Below are positions 50,865 to 62,509 of a stretch of DNA of 64,000 nucleotides, in pieces. The notes under the pieces are model-generated. The model did no database searches. It saw only the letters and a program-made list of their open reading frames with translations, and was not told where the DNA came from. The translations under genes were made by a program, and so were the position numbers. Every line of letters starts with the position of its first letter. Positions within the stretch are counted from its first letter, which is position 1. This DNA comes from Mobula hypostoma (Eukaryota): the NCBI RefSeq assembly GCF_963921235.1, contig NC_086108.1, positions 94,118,001 through 94,182,000 of the forward strand, written 5' to 3'.

Positions 50865-52730
50865 CTCTAAGTGTTGTAAAGACTCGATGGTTCCAGCCCT
50901 CCACGAAATATCACAGCTTTTATGTATATTTCCACTCTTAATGTTAAGTTTCAGCCTGTTTGCAAGCTCACCCAGATTACTGATCCCTGATCCTGACTCT
51001 GGTTCTTGGTAGTATAACGGTTAATGTTACAGCGATAGGAAGATTGGGGTGCTATTCTTGCCACTGTCTGTAAGGAATTTGTATGCTCTCCCTGTGACTG
51101 TGTGGATTTCCTCCAGATGCTCCGGTTTCCTCCCACATTCCAAAGACATACGGTTAGGATTTGTAGGTTGTGGGCATGCTATGTTAGCGCCAGAAGCACG
51201 GCAACTCTTGCAGGCTGCCTTTGGTCTGTGTTGGCCATTGACACAAACTATGCATTTCACTGTACGTTTCAATGTATCTGTGACAAAGAAACCTAATCTT
51301 TATCTTAAACCTACTGGTGTTTCTGACCCCAATGTCCCAGATACCCCAACCCTGATCTCAGGAGTAGGTGGATCTGTGTAAGTCAGCAGATAATGAGGTG
51401 ATTTACTGTTGGCTTCGATGCTCTGGACCAGGTAGTTTCTTCCTATACCGTAGCCCTCTATGATTCTTGGCTCTTTAACAAAGATGTAAAGAAGCACTCC
51501 ATGCACAGAAGGGTGCTAATGTGGAGATATCTCTGTCTCTCATAGCTTGGTTCAAATTCAGAAATGAAATAAATGAATGTTTCGTGAGTGTAGGCAAAGC
51601 AAATTGAGGCACAGATCAATGAAGATTTAATCAAAGGGCAACACAGCTGCAAGGGACTGAAAAACTTGTTCCTTGTTCAGAAGAAAACTGAGCAGTGGAT
51701 GGAGAGTGGACTGTGCTCCTCCCTGACACCTGGTGGCTAATGCTAGAACAGCAACTGCAGAATCCCACAGTGACCCAGCACCTCTAAGATTGGACTCATA
51801 AGCCACTTGAGAGCCCATAAGTAGATCAACAGAAAGAAGACCATCATCCTCGACCTCGAGGGATAGCCACGACGAATGCACCTCTTCATGTGAAAGCCCT
51901 TTTCAAGCCAGTGACAAAAGCATTGCGGACAATGGAGGCAATGTCTGAAGAGTGTGGTGAGGTAGAAGCAGGGAGTTGGACATCAGCTGCACACTGAGAT
52001 TAAGGATCAGCTTTATCTGTTATATGAACATTGTAACATACAGTGAAATGCACTGCCAAATCAAATCAGTGAGGATTTGCTGGACAGCCTGCAAATGTAG
52101 CCACGCTTTCGGTGCTAACATAAAGCCATAGATCATAAGGTAGGACACAGGAGCAGAATTATGCCATTTAGCCCATCCAGTCTGCTCCACCATTTCATCA
52201 TGGCTGATTTATTATCCCTCTCAATCGTATTCTCCTGCCTTCTCCCCATAAACTTTGATGCCTTTACTGCTCAAGAACCTATCAGCATCTGCTTTAATTT
52301 CCCCAATGATGTGGCCTCCCTCTGTGGCAATGAAATTCACAGATTCACCATCCTCTGGCTAAAGAAATTCCTCTTCATCTTCATCTCTGTTCTAAAGGGA
52401 CGTCCTTCTATTCTGGGGATGCACCCTGTGGTCCACTCACTAGCCCTAACTACACATCTTCGCAATGTAGGAGGAAACTACAGCGCCTGAAGAAAATGCA
52501 CACAGTTATGAGGAAAACGTACAAACTCTTTTCAGACTGTAGTGGAATTGAACCCAGGATGGCAACGCTACAACAGTGTTAGGCCAGCCATTATGCTGTT
52601 CCATTACTGACACACGGCTCTAGGCTTCAATGGATGTCTCTCCAAATGAACTTTTAAAACATGAATAAACCCATATGTGAAATCTGCCGAGTTCTCTGTG
52701 GTCAAACTTAAACCTAATTTCATTCCTGTC

Positions 52731-53976
52731 AGGAGGAGGGAGGAGAAGATGGCGCGACGCAGCGTGTGCGGCCATTCCGAATGATATCGTATGTGTAACT
52801 AGGGACTGTGCACAATCCTGATTTGATGGAGACAGTCGTGAGAAGCACTGAGGAATGCCTGGAGAAACTTCTGAAATGCCTGCTTTGCTGCCACTGCTAC
52901 TGTGTAATCGAGAATCTCCGGAGGAGAAGGCCCCAAATATTTGGCTTTGCCTATTGCCTGTTGCCAGGGCTGGGGTTGAAGTGCTCGGTGTCGGAGAGCT
53001 GGTCGGAGGCTTGGAGTTTTCGGACGGACTCTGAGTCGGACTGTGGTCGGATGCTTCCAGGATGCTGCATCAGCAAGTTTGCGGCGCTGGAGGTTCACCA
53101 TCTGCGTGAGATGATGGGACTTTTGAGAGACTTTGAGACTTTTTTACCATGCCCATGGTCTGTTCTTTATCAAATTACGGTATTGCTTTGTACTGTTGTA
53201 GCTATATGTTATAATACTTTATACTTCATAGTCACCAAACAATTGGTACTAGAACGTACAATCATCACAGCGATATTTGATTCTGCACTTCCCACTCTCT
53301 GCGTTACAAATATTAAATATCAAAAATACTAAAAATAGTTAAAATTAGTAAATATTAAAAATTTAAACTATAAATCATAAATAGAAAACAGAAAACTGGG
53401 AAGTAAGGCAGTGCAAAAAACCGAGAGGCAGGTCCGGATATTTGGAGGGTGCAGCCCAGATCCGGGTCAGGATCCCTTCAGCAGTCTTATCACAGTTGGA
53501 AAGAAGCTGTTCCCAAATCTGGCCGTACGAGTCTTCAAGCTCCTGAGCCTTCTCCCGGAGGGAAGAGGGACAAAAAGTGTATTGGCTGGGTGGGTCGTGT
53601 CCTCGATTATCCTGGCAGCACTGCTCCAACACCGTGCGGTGTAAAGTGGACGGAAGATTGGTTTGTGTGATGTGCTGCGCCGTGTTCACAATCTTCTGCA
53701 GCTTCTTTCAGTCTTGGACAGGACAACTTCCATACCAGGTTGTGATGCACCCTAGAAGAATGCTTTCTACAGTGCATCTGTGAAAATTAGTGAGGGTTTT
53801 AGGGGACAGGCCAAGATTCTTTAGTTTTCTCAGGAAGTAAAGGTGCTATGTGGTTTTGTCAGTTTTTCAGTCTGTTTGTCATGTGTTTCTGTGATATCAT
53901 TCTGGAGAAACGTATCATTTCTTAATGCATGCATTACTAAATGACAATAAAAGAGGACTGCGTGTCCTCATAATCT
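52731..53976 (+). mobile_element. ~620-bp non-autonomous retroelement (copy A), interrupted by a LINE fragment
   Basis: 5' ggaggagaagatggcg, CpG-rich body, and 3' aataaa-gaggac-tgcgt-gtcctc-ataatct. Homologous to the inverted copy at 54011-54645. Confidence 0.75.
53216..53846 (-). mobile_element. Rex1/Babar-type LINE 3' fragment nested in copy A
   Basis: VESILLGCITTWYG remnant. The flanks tatatgttataat|tatgtgg are contiguous in copy B. Confidence 0.8.
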
Positions 53977-54010
53977 TAAAAAAAAGGTGCATTTTTGGAG
54001 AAACATATTA

Positions 54011-54645
54011 TTAGATTATGAGGACACTCAGTCCTCGTTTATTGTCATTTAGAAAAGCATGGATTAAGAGATGATACAATGTTCCTCCAGAGTGATATCA
54101 CAGAAAAACAGGACAAACCAAAGACTAACACTGACAGAACCACATAATTATAACATATAGTTAAAACAGTGCAAAGCAATACCATAATTTGATAAAAAGT
54201 CTCAAAGTCCCGATCGACTCCCGATAGTAGGCGGCAAAAGGGAGAAACTCCCTGCCATAAACCTCCAGGCACCAACTGCCGATGCATTGGAAGCACCCGA
54301 CCACAGCCGACACTGAGTCTGCCCGTCCGAAAGCTTTGAGCCTCCGACCAGCCCATCCAATACAGCCTCCCGAGTGCCATCCTCTGCTGAGCGCCTTTGA
54401 CCTCGCCCCGGTTGCCGAAACATGCAAAGCCGAGGATTCAGGGCCTTCTCCGGAGATTCCGGACCACACAGTAGCAGCGGCAGCGAAGCGGGCATTTCAG
54501 AAGTTTCTCCAGATGTTCCTCCGTACTGTCACGTCTGTCTCCATCAAATCAGAATTGTGCATGGTCCCCTACTTAATACATAACAGATATCATTCACCAG
54601 AGTAGCTGCGTGCGCTGCGTTGCGTCGCCATCTTCTCCTCCTCCT
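54011..54645 (-). mobile_element. ~635-bp non-autonomous retroelement (copy B), inverted relative to copy A
   Basis: Reverse complement starts aggaggaggagaagatggcg and ends aataaacgaggactgagtgtcctcataatctaa. Confidence 0.78.
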
Positions 54646-55004
54646 ATTTATGGGTGAGTTTATTTATAATAAATACGTGTCTTTAACTTGAGACTCTTGT
54701 CCATTTATGTACACATTGTATGTACAATCCATTGTGTGTGTGTGTATATATATTTAGATATATATATAGTCCTATATATTCTGAGGCTGTTGTCCATTAA
54801 TGTGTCTATTCACATATGTTCTGCAAAGCCATTATATATTTGAATTATGGAGTTCTCATTGACGGATTTGAGGAAATACTACTGTAATGTTGTTTAAAAA
54901 TATGCCAAGCCAAACCTGACTTTACAGATGTGTGTGAGGTGAAATCATTCTTCACTCTTTAAACAACTGTATTTTCCTGCATGTCATTCCAACAATGAAT
55001 TACT

Positions 55005-55827
55005 GCACAAGAACTTAGACAGATTAGGAGAGTGGGGGAAGAAGTGGCAGATGGAATACAGTGTAGGGGAAGTGTATGGTTATGCACTTTGGTAGAAGGA
55101 ATAAAGGCATAGACTATTTTCTAAATGGGGAGAAAATTCAGAAATTAGAGGTGCAAGATTCCCCAAAGGTTAACTTACAGGTTGAGTCGGTGGTAACGAA
55201 GCCACATGCGATGTTAACATTCATTTCAAGAGGAATAGCATATTAGAGGAAGGATGTGATGCTGGGGCTTTATGAGGCATTGGTCAGATTGCATTTGGAG
55301 TATTGTGAACGGTTTTGGGCACCTTATCTAAGAATAGGTTTCCCGGCATCGGAGGCATTCTGGAGGAGGATCACGTCAATGATCCAAGGAAAGGAAATGT
55401 TAACATTTGAGGACTGTTTGATGGATCTGGTACTTGCTGGAGATCAGAAGAATGAAGGGGGATCTCTTTAAAACTTACTGAATACTGAAAGGCCTAGATA
55501 GAGTGGACATGGCAAGGATGCTTCATATAGTGGGGAGGTCTAGGACCAGAGGGCACAACCTCAGAATAGAATGAAGTCTCTTTGAAACAGCAATGAGGAG
55601 GAATTTCTTTAGCCAGAGGTTGGTAAATCTTTGGAATTCATTGGCTATGGAGGTCAAGTCATCGGGTATAAATAAAGCAGAGGTTGATAAGATCTCGATT
55701 AGTAAGGATATCAAAGGTTACAGGGAGAAGCAGGAGAATGGTGTTGAAAGGGAATGATAAATCAGCCGTGATTGAATAGCGGAACATATTCAATGGTCTG
55801 AATGATCTATGGTTAATGGTATGGTCT
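55005..55827 (+). mobile_element. CR1-type LINE 3' fragment ending just upstream of the micro-exon
   Basis: KCMVMHFGRRN and LYEALVRLHLEYCERFWAPYLR, then TRGHNL and the CR1 tail. Confidence 0.85.
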
Positions 55828-55852
55828 AACCAGCTCTTTTTCTCACCCACAG

Positions 55853-55886
55853 GGACATCTCAGACTTTACCCTAGAATATGTCAAG
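55853..55886 (+). CDS. BCAR3: 34-nt coding micro-exon of the BCAR3-like gene ((G)DISDFTLEYVK)
   Basis: Acceptor ctctttttctcacccacag|G and donor AAG|gtacgt. Its phase-2 start completes GG|G from the previous exon. It ends in EYVK, like the BCAR3 segment preceding FSKE and the SH2 domain. Confidence 0.8.
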
Positions 55887-56264
55887 GTACGTAACTTCTT
55901 CTAAAATATCACGTGTCCAATGACCAGATTTACTCGAAGTGTGACTGACCGACTGCTGGGCTTTGAGGATGAAGTAGCTTTCCACCCTCTCCGCCCTGAT
56001 CACGTGTTTGCTGTCCCCTTTAAAAAGTGCAGTGATGTTACAGCTCTTTGGAAGTTAAATACTTTTCAAGTGTCACAATGACAAAGCTGTTCCTGTTAAC
56101 CTCAGCAACTGTGTTAAATGGTCAACAGAGCGGCTTAAAAGTCCCAATCACCTATGTGTCCCATGAGTAGATAGAGGGTGATCTAGAGCTTCTCATTCCA
56201 ACACACCACAGCAAGTTCCTAAGACATATGGTGAATAAAGTCGCTCCTTCATCCTTGTTGGTTT

Positions 56265-56575
56265 TAGTAATGTTTCCAATAGTAGGAGAGTCTTGGACCT
56301 CAGAACAGAAAGATGTCTCTTTAGAACAGAGATGAGGAGGAACGTCTCTAGCCAGAGCGAGATGAATCTGTGGAATTCTTTGCCACACTCAGCTGTGGAG
56401 CCATTGTTGGGTATATTTAAAGCAGAGGTTAATAGGCTCTTGATTAGTAAGGGTGTCAAACATTACAGGGAGAAGGCGGGAGAATGGGGCTGAGGGGGAA
56501 AATAAATCAGCCATAATGGTGGAGCAGGCTTGATGGGCCAAACGGCCTAATTCTGCTCCTGTGTCTTATGCTCTT
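56265..56575 (+). mobile_element. CR1-type LINE 3' fragment
   Basis: MNLWNSLP remnant and CR1 tail. Confidence 0.75.
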
Positions 56576-56820
56576 GTGTTCTAGGCAGATGTTGAAAGCT
56601 GATCAAGTGACATTCCATATGACACCCCTCAGTTACTGATCTACCATTCACCCCAGCCTCTGTTAATGCAGGAAACCAAAAGCGCAGAGTGGGAATGAAC
56701 CGAAACCTGAGATCAGATTCGGATTCATTCACTTATCACGAGTGGATTGAAACATGCAGTGAGATCTGTCATTTGTGTTAACAACCAACACACCCAGGGA
56801 TGTGCTGGGGTCAGACCACA

Positions 56821-57140
56821 ATGTCACCACACAAGCCGGTGCCAATGTAGCATGCCCACAATGTCACCACACAATCCGGTGCCAATGTAGCATGCCCACA
56901 ATGTCACCACACAATCCGGTGCCAATGTAGCATGCCCACAATGTCACCACACAAGCCGGTGCCAATGTAGCATGCCCACAATGTCACCACACAATCCGGT
57001 GCCAATGTAGCATGCCCACAATGTCACCACACAAGCCGGTGCCAATGTAGCATGCCCACAATGTCACCACACAAGCCGGTGCCAATGTAGCATGCCCACA
57101 ATGTCACCACACGAGCCGGTGCCAATGTAGCATGCCCACA
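56821..57140. repeat. Minisatellite, 8 x 40 bp (atgtcaccacacaa[g/t]ccggtgccaatgtagcatgcccaca)
   Basis: Eight head-to-tail units differing at only two positions. Confidence 0.97.
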
Positions 57141-57184
57141 AGGCTCGGCAGAGCAACACAACACAACTAAGCACAACATACCAA

Positions 57185-57696
57185 GCAACACACACAAGAT
57201 GCTGAAGGAACTCAACAGGCCAGGTAGCAACCATGGAAATGAAAAATCAGTTGACGTTTCGGGCCGAGGCCCTTCATCGGGACTGGGAAGGAAGGGGGAA
57301 GAAGATGGCGGGGGGGGGGGAAGGAAGAAGTACAAGGTGGTAGGTGATCGGTGAAACCGGGAGAGGGGGAGGGGTGAATTAAAGAGCTGGGAAGTCAATA
57401 GGTGAAAGAGATAAAGGGCTGGAGAGGGGGGGAATCTGATAGGGGAGGGTAGAAGACCATGGAAGAAAGGGAAGGGGGAGGAGCACCAGAGGGAGGTGAT
57501 GGACAGGTAAGGTGAGAGATGGGAATGGTGAAGGATGGCGGGGGGGGGGAGTGGAATTACAGGAAGTTCAAGAAATCAATTTTCATGCCATCAGGTTGGA
57601 GGCTACGCAGATGGAATATAAGGTGTTGGTCCTCCAACCTGAGTGTGGCCTCGTCGCAGCAGTAGACTGACGTGTCGGAATGGGAGGTAGAATTGA
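57185..57696 (-). mobile_element. Penelope-like element 3' fragment (GIY-YIG C-terminus, UTR, hammerhead motif at 57248-57285)
   Basis: DEATLRLEDQHLIFHLRSLQPDGMKIDF. TSD aacataccaa at 57175-57184 and 57697-57706. The hammerhead has CCGATGA in place of CTGATGA. Confidence 0.85.
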
Positions 57697-59319
57697 AACA
57701 TACCAAATGACAAAGCAACAATAGCAAACCAAGCCCTGTTCCTCCTACCCACCCACCCACACACGTACAGTCCCCTAACGCTAGGCAGGCCATCGTCAGC
57801 CCCCAGCAAACTTGTGGATTTGCAGACGTTGTGTTCCTTTGACTTCCTCAGCGGACTTGCAGAGACTCCCAGGTTCTACGCAGCATTGATGCTGGGTTAT
57901 TATTTACAAATGTACTGAAATGCAGGGTAAAGCTTCTAATTGCAAGCCTTCCCGACAGATCACTCCACGTGTAAGTATGTTGAGGGAGGAAACAGAGAAT
58001 GCAGAATACGGTGTTACAGTTACAGAGAGGGTGTACTGCAGGCAGACAATAAGGTGCAAGGACTGGGGGGAAGGAGACTTCATCCTCATTCTGCAACTCG
58101 TTCTCAGTGTTTCTTGTTTACTTATTTATGTTTTTTATATTTGCACAGTTTATTCTCAGCACATCAGTTGCTTGTCAGTCTTTTTAGTTTTTCATTGGTT
58201 AAAGTGTATTTCTCTGTTCTACTGTGAACGCCTGCAAGAAAATGAACCTCGAGGTGGTACTTGGCGGACATCTACAAACTTTGATGACAAGTTTACTTTG
58301 AACATTGATCTTTTAGCCTATGATGGGTCGATTCAGGAGCCTGATAACAGCAGGATAGAAACTATACTTGAGTTTGGCGGTTCGATCTCTCAGACTTTCC
58401 AGAGGGGAGGCGAGAGCAGGAAAGGGTTCTTGATTTCTGTGAGCTGTTTTCCCGGGGCAGTGGAAAGTGTACAGGTTATACTATAAGCACCTTCACTGAT
58501 TGTCAAGTGTCTGGGTGCTTGATCTGTGGCTTTTTAAAGGCCGTAATATGTGAAATGGCCTCTTTGGGAAAATGGGTAGAACAGCTGCTCTGAACAAGAT
58601 TAAACTGTGAGCAAGCCGGATAGGATTGCTTACAAACTAGGAGCTGCTTTGATTTGTCCTGGCTTGTGGGATTTAGAAAACCCTGCAAACTAAATAATTG
58701 GTTGCACTTACTTTTCAACATTACTGGTCACACAATCAATTGGAGGAACAGGCTAAGATCACCCTGCTTGTTGGATATGGGACACTGAAAAAGTGCCAGG
58801 GGATGAATGCATAACTGCTGGTTCCCAGCCGGAATACATTGGACCCTTTTTAACAGCAGGCGTGACGTGCCAGGGAAATGGGCACCAGCACTTTTCAAAA
58901 CTGTTTCAAACTTCCCCCAGCTCCCCTTTGATGTGAGGGACTTGAGGGAAAGAGCAATGGGAACTACAAAGTGTTTGTTTATGGTGATTACAGAGTCAAA
59001 CAACATAAGTAGCTGAGTAATTATTGCAGATTACTGCACAAACCAGGAAGAAACATCATTAAAGTGATTGCCAAGCAGCTAATTAAAATAATTCCTTCAA
59101 TGTTAGTAGCCTTTTGTGCTTTCCTGAGTTGCTTCACTCCATCATCTCATCTCATTATGTGTCTGGCTGGATCTAAACTCTGGAATTTCTTGCCTAGACG
59201 GCTCGAACTCACTCTACTTTAAAGTTCACATTAGTACAATGGCTGGTTGTTAGTGGTCTGTTTGTGAATAGGGGGTGTGCGGGTTGCTTCAAGAAGCTGA
59301 CGGCTGGAAAAATAGTTGT

Positions 59320-59945
59320 TCACTTCAAGAGGACTGGAATATACAGTAAAAGCAAGGATATTGACTTTATAAGGCACTGGTGAGGCCTCACTTAGATTAT
59401 TGAGAGAGGTTTTGGGGCCCTTTACCTAAGAGAAGATGTGCTGATAATGGAGAGGGTTCAAAGGAGGTTCATGAAAATGCTTCCAGGATTGAAAGGCTTG
59501 TCATATGAGGAACACTTGATGGCTCTGGGCCTGTACTCACTGGAATTCAGAAGTTGGGGGAATCTCATTGAAACCTATTGAATGTTGAAAGGCCTTAATA
59601 GAGTGGATGTGGAGAGGATGTTTCCTATGACAGAGGAGTCTATGACCAGAGGACACGCCTCAGAATAGAGGGACGTCCATTTAGAATGAAGATGAGGAGG
59701 GATTCCCTTAGCCATAGAGTGATGAATCTGTGGAATTCATTGTTGCAGATGGCTGTGGAGGCCAAGTCATTGGGTATACTTAGGCAGAGGTGAATAGATT
59801 CTTGATTAATCATGGTATGAAGCGTTATGGGGAAAAGGCAGAAGACTGGCGCTGAGGGGGAAGTGGATCAGCCATGATGAGTTCGCAGAGCAGACTTGAT
59901 GGGCCAAAATGGCCTAATTCTGATCCTACATCTGATGGTCTTATC
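59320..59945 (+). mobile_element. CR1-type LINE 3' fragment
   Basis: LYKALVRPHLDY remnant, VMNLWNSL and the CR1 tail. Confidence 0.8.
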
Positions 59946-60329
59946 CTTTTAAAGTTAGAAAATCATTTGGCAATGACTGTACTTATGAAGGACATTTCTA
60001 AACCAAAGTACAAACTGCAAGCATGAGGTGAAGAAGAAGTCATAGTGGAAGACCACACAGTGAAATGAAACGCTATTGAACTGATAGCTAATATCCTCGT
60101 TATCATTACAAATGAGCTTCAACACCCAACTGACTTCCCTCACAATCTCATTGACTTTATGAAGACCTTTGATAAGGAGTGGCGTGATGGGTTCTGGCTA
60201 AGGATGTTGAGGGAAAATAAATCAGCCATGATGGAATGGTGGAGCAGACCGGTTTCTTCCTGTTGTTGACAGCCAACACTGACCAGAATTCTCCAGCTCA
60301 GGTGTAAGAAAATGTAAAGTTGTGCTATA

Positions 60330-61646
60330 CAGGTGGCCCCTGTTTTCCAAACGTTCGCTTTACGACACCTCGCTGTTACGAAAGACCTACATTAGTTACC
60401 TGTTTTCACTAACAGAAGGTGTTTTCACTGTTATGAAAAAAAGCAGCACGCGCCAAACAGCCAAGCTCCTCCCCCAGAACTGCATTCTAGCCGGCATAGC
60501 TTAAACATGTGCTTTATCTCGTTTTATTTTGTGCAGCTGTTAGCAAGATGAGTTCTAAGGTATTGGAAAAGCCTAAAAAAGCTCGTAAGGGTGTTACACT
60601 TAGCGTAAAACTGGACATAATTAAGTGTTTTGATCATGGTGAATGAAGTAAGGACATTGTCCGCGTGTTGAACTTGCCTGCATCCACCATTCACACGATT
60701 TATACGCAGAGAGAAAGAATTTTGAAAGCTGCCGGTGTTACTGTTGGTTCTGCTCGTAGCAAAGTGGTCTCTCTTAGTCGGCATCCAATAATGGATAAAA
60801 TGGAAAGTCCATTGCTTGAGTGGATTGATGGGTGTACAAAGCATAGTGTTCCATTAAGTTTTCTTATACTCAAGGAGAAATCAGTCAGTCTTTTTAATAA
60901 GCTGAAACAGAAAGCACTGGACAATGGCGATGAAAGTGTTGCGAAAGTGGAATTTAAAGGTAGTCATGGGTGATTTGATCGGTTTCTGAGGCAAGGGCAG
61001 CTTCATAGTTTAAGCAGTAGTCCCCAACCTCTGGGCCGCGGACCGATACATTGCCGTGAAGAATGCAGCGGTGCAGTGGTAGTCGGAACGCACCCAGCAC
61101 ATCTTTAAGAAAAGAGCCCAAATAATCAAGCTAATTAATTAGGTGCCCTCTGACAATTGCATCAGGTGGTTATTTGTATAAGCAAGTGTTTAACTGTGAC
61201 GAAACTGCAATTTATTGGAGTCTTCCCAATTCCAATAAGTGAAACTACACTGTACATACATTATTTCTACTTTATATAGTCTGTGTATTTTTATGTGTTA
61301 TTTGGTATGATTTGGCAGCTTCATAGCTTAAAGGTTACTGGAGAGAGTGTTTCTGCCGAGAGCACTTCCACGAGATTTTCGCTGCGCTAGACAGTGCTGC
61401 AGAAAAGTATTTCTACTTTATACAGGCTGTGTATTTATCATATCATTCCTGCTCTTACTATATGTTACTGTTATTTTAGGTTTTGTGTGTTATATGGCAT
61501 GATTTTGTAGGTTATTTTTTGGGTCTGGGAACGCTCAAAAATTTTTCCCATATTAATAAGTGGTAATTGCTTATTCACTTTACGACATTCCAGCTTACGA
61601 ACCGCTTCATAGGAACGCTCTACCTTCGGATAGCGGGGGAAACCTG
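60330..61646 (+). mobile_element. Tigger/pogo (Tc1-mariner) DNA transposon, internally deleted
   Basis: TA|CAGGT...ACCTG|TA with imperfect ~25-bp TIRs. CENP-B-type HTH remnant from the ATG at 60548 (KLDIIK...LNLPASTIHTI...LLEWID...EFKGSHG*FDRF) with in-frame stops. No DDD domain was seen. Confidence 0.88.
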
Positions 61647-62004
61647 TAATGTCCTTGGTTGTGTAGTTGGTGCTCCAACTGATGAAATATAAAGGTGTGC
61701 CATAACGTGTATTCAGTGTTCCAGCTAATGAAGACAGGTGTTCCAGACATCATCTTCAAAACCTCCTATACCAACACTGTCACTTCCTACAGTCCTTGTC
61801 TCTGGAGCAAGTCTTCCCCCTCCCTAGTGACCCCTCCTCCCCTTCGTGACCGTGTTTTTGTCCTTCCTGCCCCGATATCATCTGCAGGTAATTGTATCTG
61901 TACCTCACTATACCTCTCCTCATGACAATACACTCAACCTGACTCGCTTGGTGCCTGCGGTGTGCCTCTGCTGCCCTCAGAAGGGATGTGAGGGCCTAGA
62001 TTGT

Positions 62005-62380
62005 ATGCAAAGAGGTGACTTGATAGAGGTGTACAAGATGATAAGAGGCATAGAGCAAGTGGATAGCCAGATACTTTTTTCCAGGGTGGAAATGGCTAAT
62101 ATGAGAAGGCGTTATTTCAAGGTGACTGGAGTAAAGAGAAGAGGGATATCAGAGAGAGTTTTTTTTTAATATACAGAGAGTGATAAGTACATGAAACATG
62201 CTGCCAGGGTTGGTAGTGGATGCAGATACATACGGGAGATTTAAGAGACTCTTAGATAGGTGCATGGATGAATTAAAAATGGAGGGTTATGTCGGAGGGA
62301 ATGGTTAGATTGATCAAGAGTAGGTTAGAAGGTCAGCACAGCATGATGGGCCAAAGGGCCTGTACTGTTCTATGTTCTAC
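62005..62380 (+). mobile_element. CR1-type LINE 3' fragment
   Basis: RGDLIEVYKMIRGI and the CR1 tail. Confidence 0.75.
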
Positions 62381-62509
62381 ATTACCTGTTGCACAGGTCA
62401 TTCCATTTGGAAAATTAAATGGAAGGAAACATTGTAAGCAGTGCAGTCTAGTGGGAACAACCAGATACTGCACCCCATGTTGTAAGTTCCTGTTAATTAA
62501 CTTTGGAAT

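Noticed and set aside
52731..54645. Single DNA transposon with long TIRs
   Set aside because: The arms are substantially diverged, each has its own retro-type 3' tail facing inward, and no flanking TSD was seen.
56821..57140. Regular 40-bp array as a CRISPR locus
   Set aside because: The units are contiguous with no unique spacers, there are no cas genes, the context is eukaryotic, and the unit derives from a dispersed repeat.
57920..58486. 188-aa ORF
   Set aside because: Spans several juxtaposed LINE 3' UTR fragments; a chance open frame.
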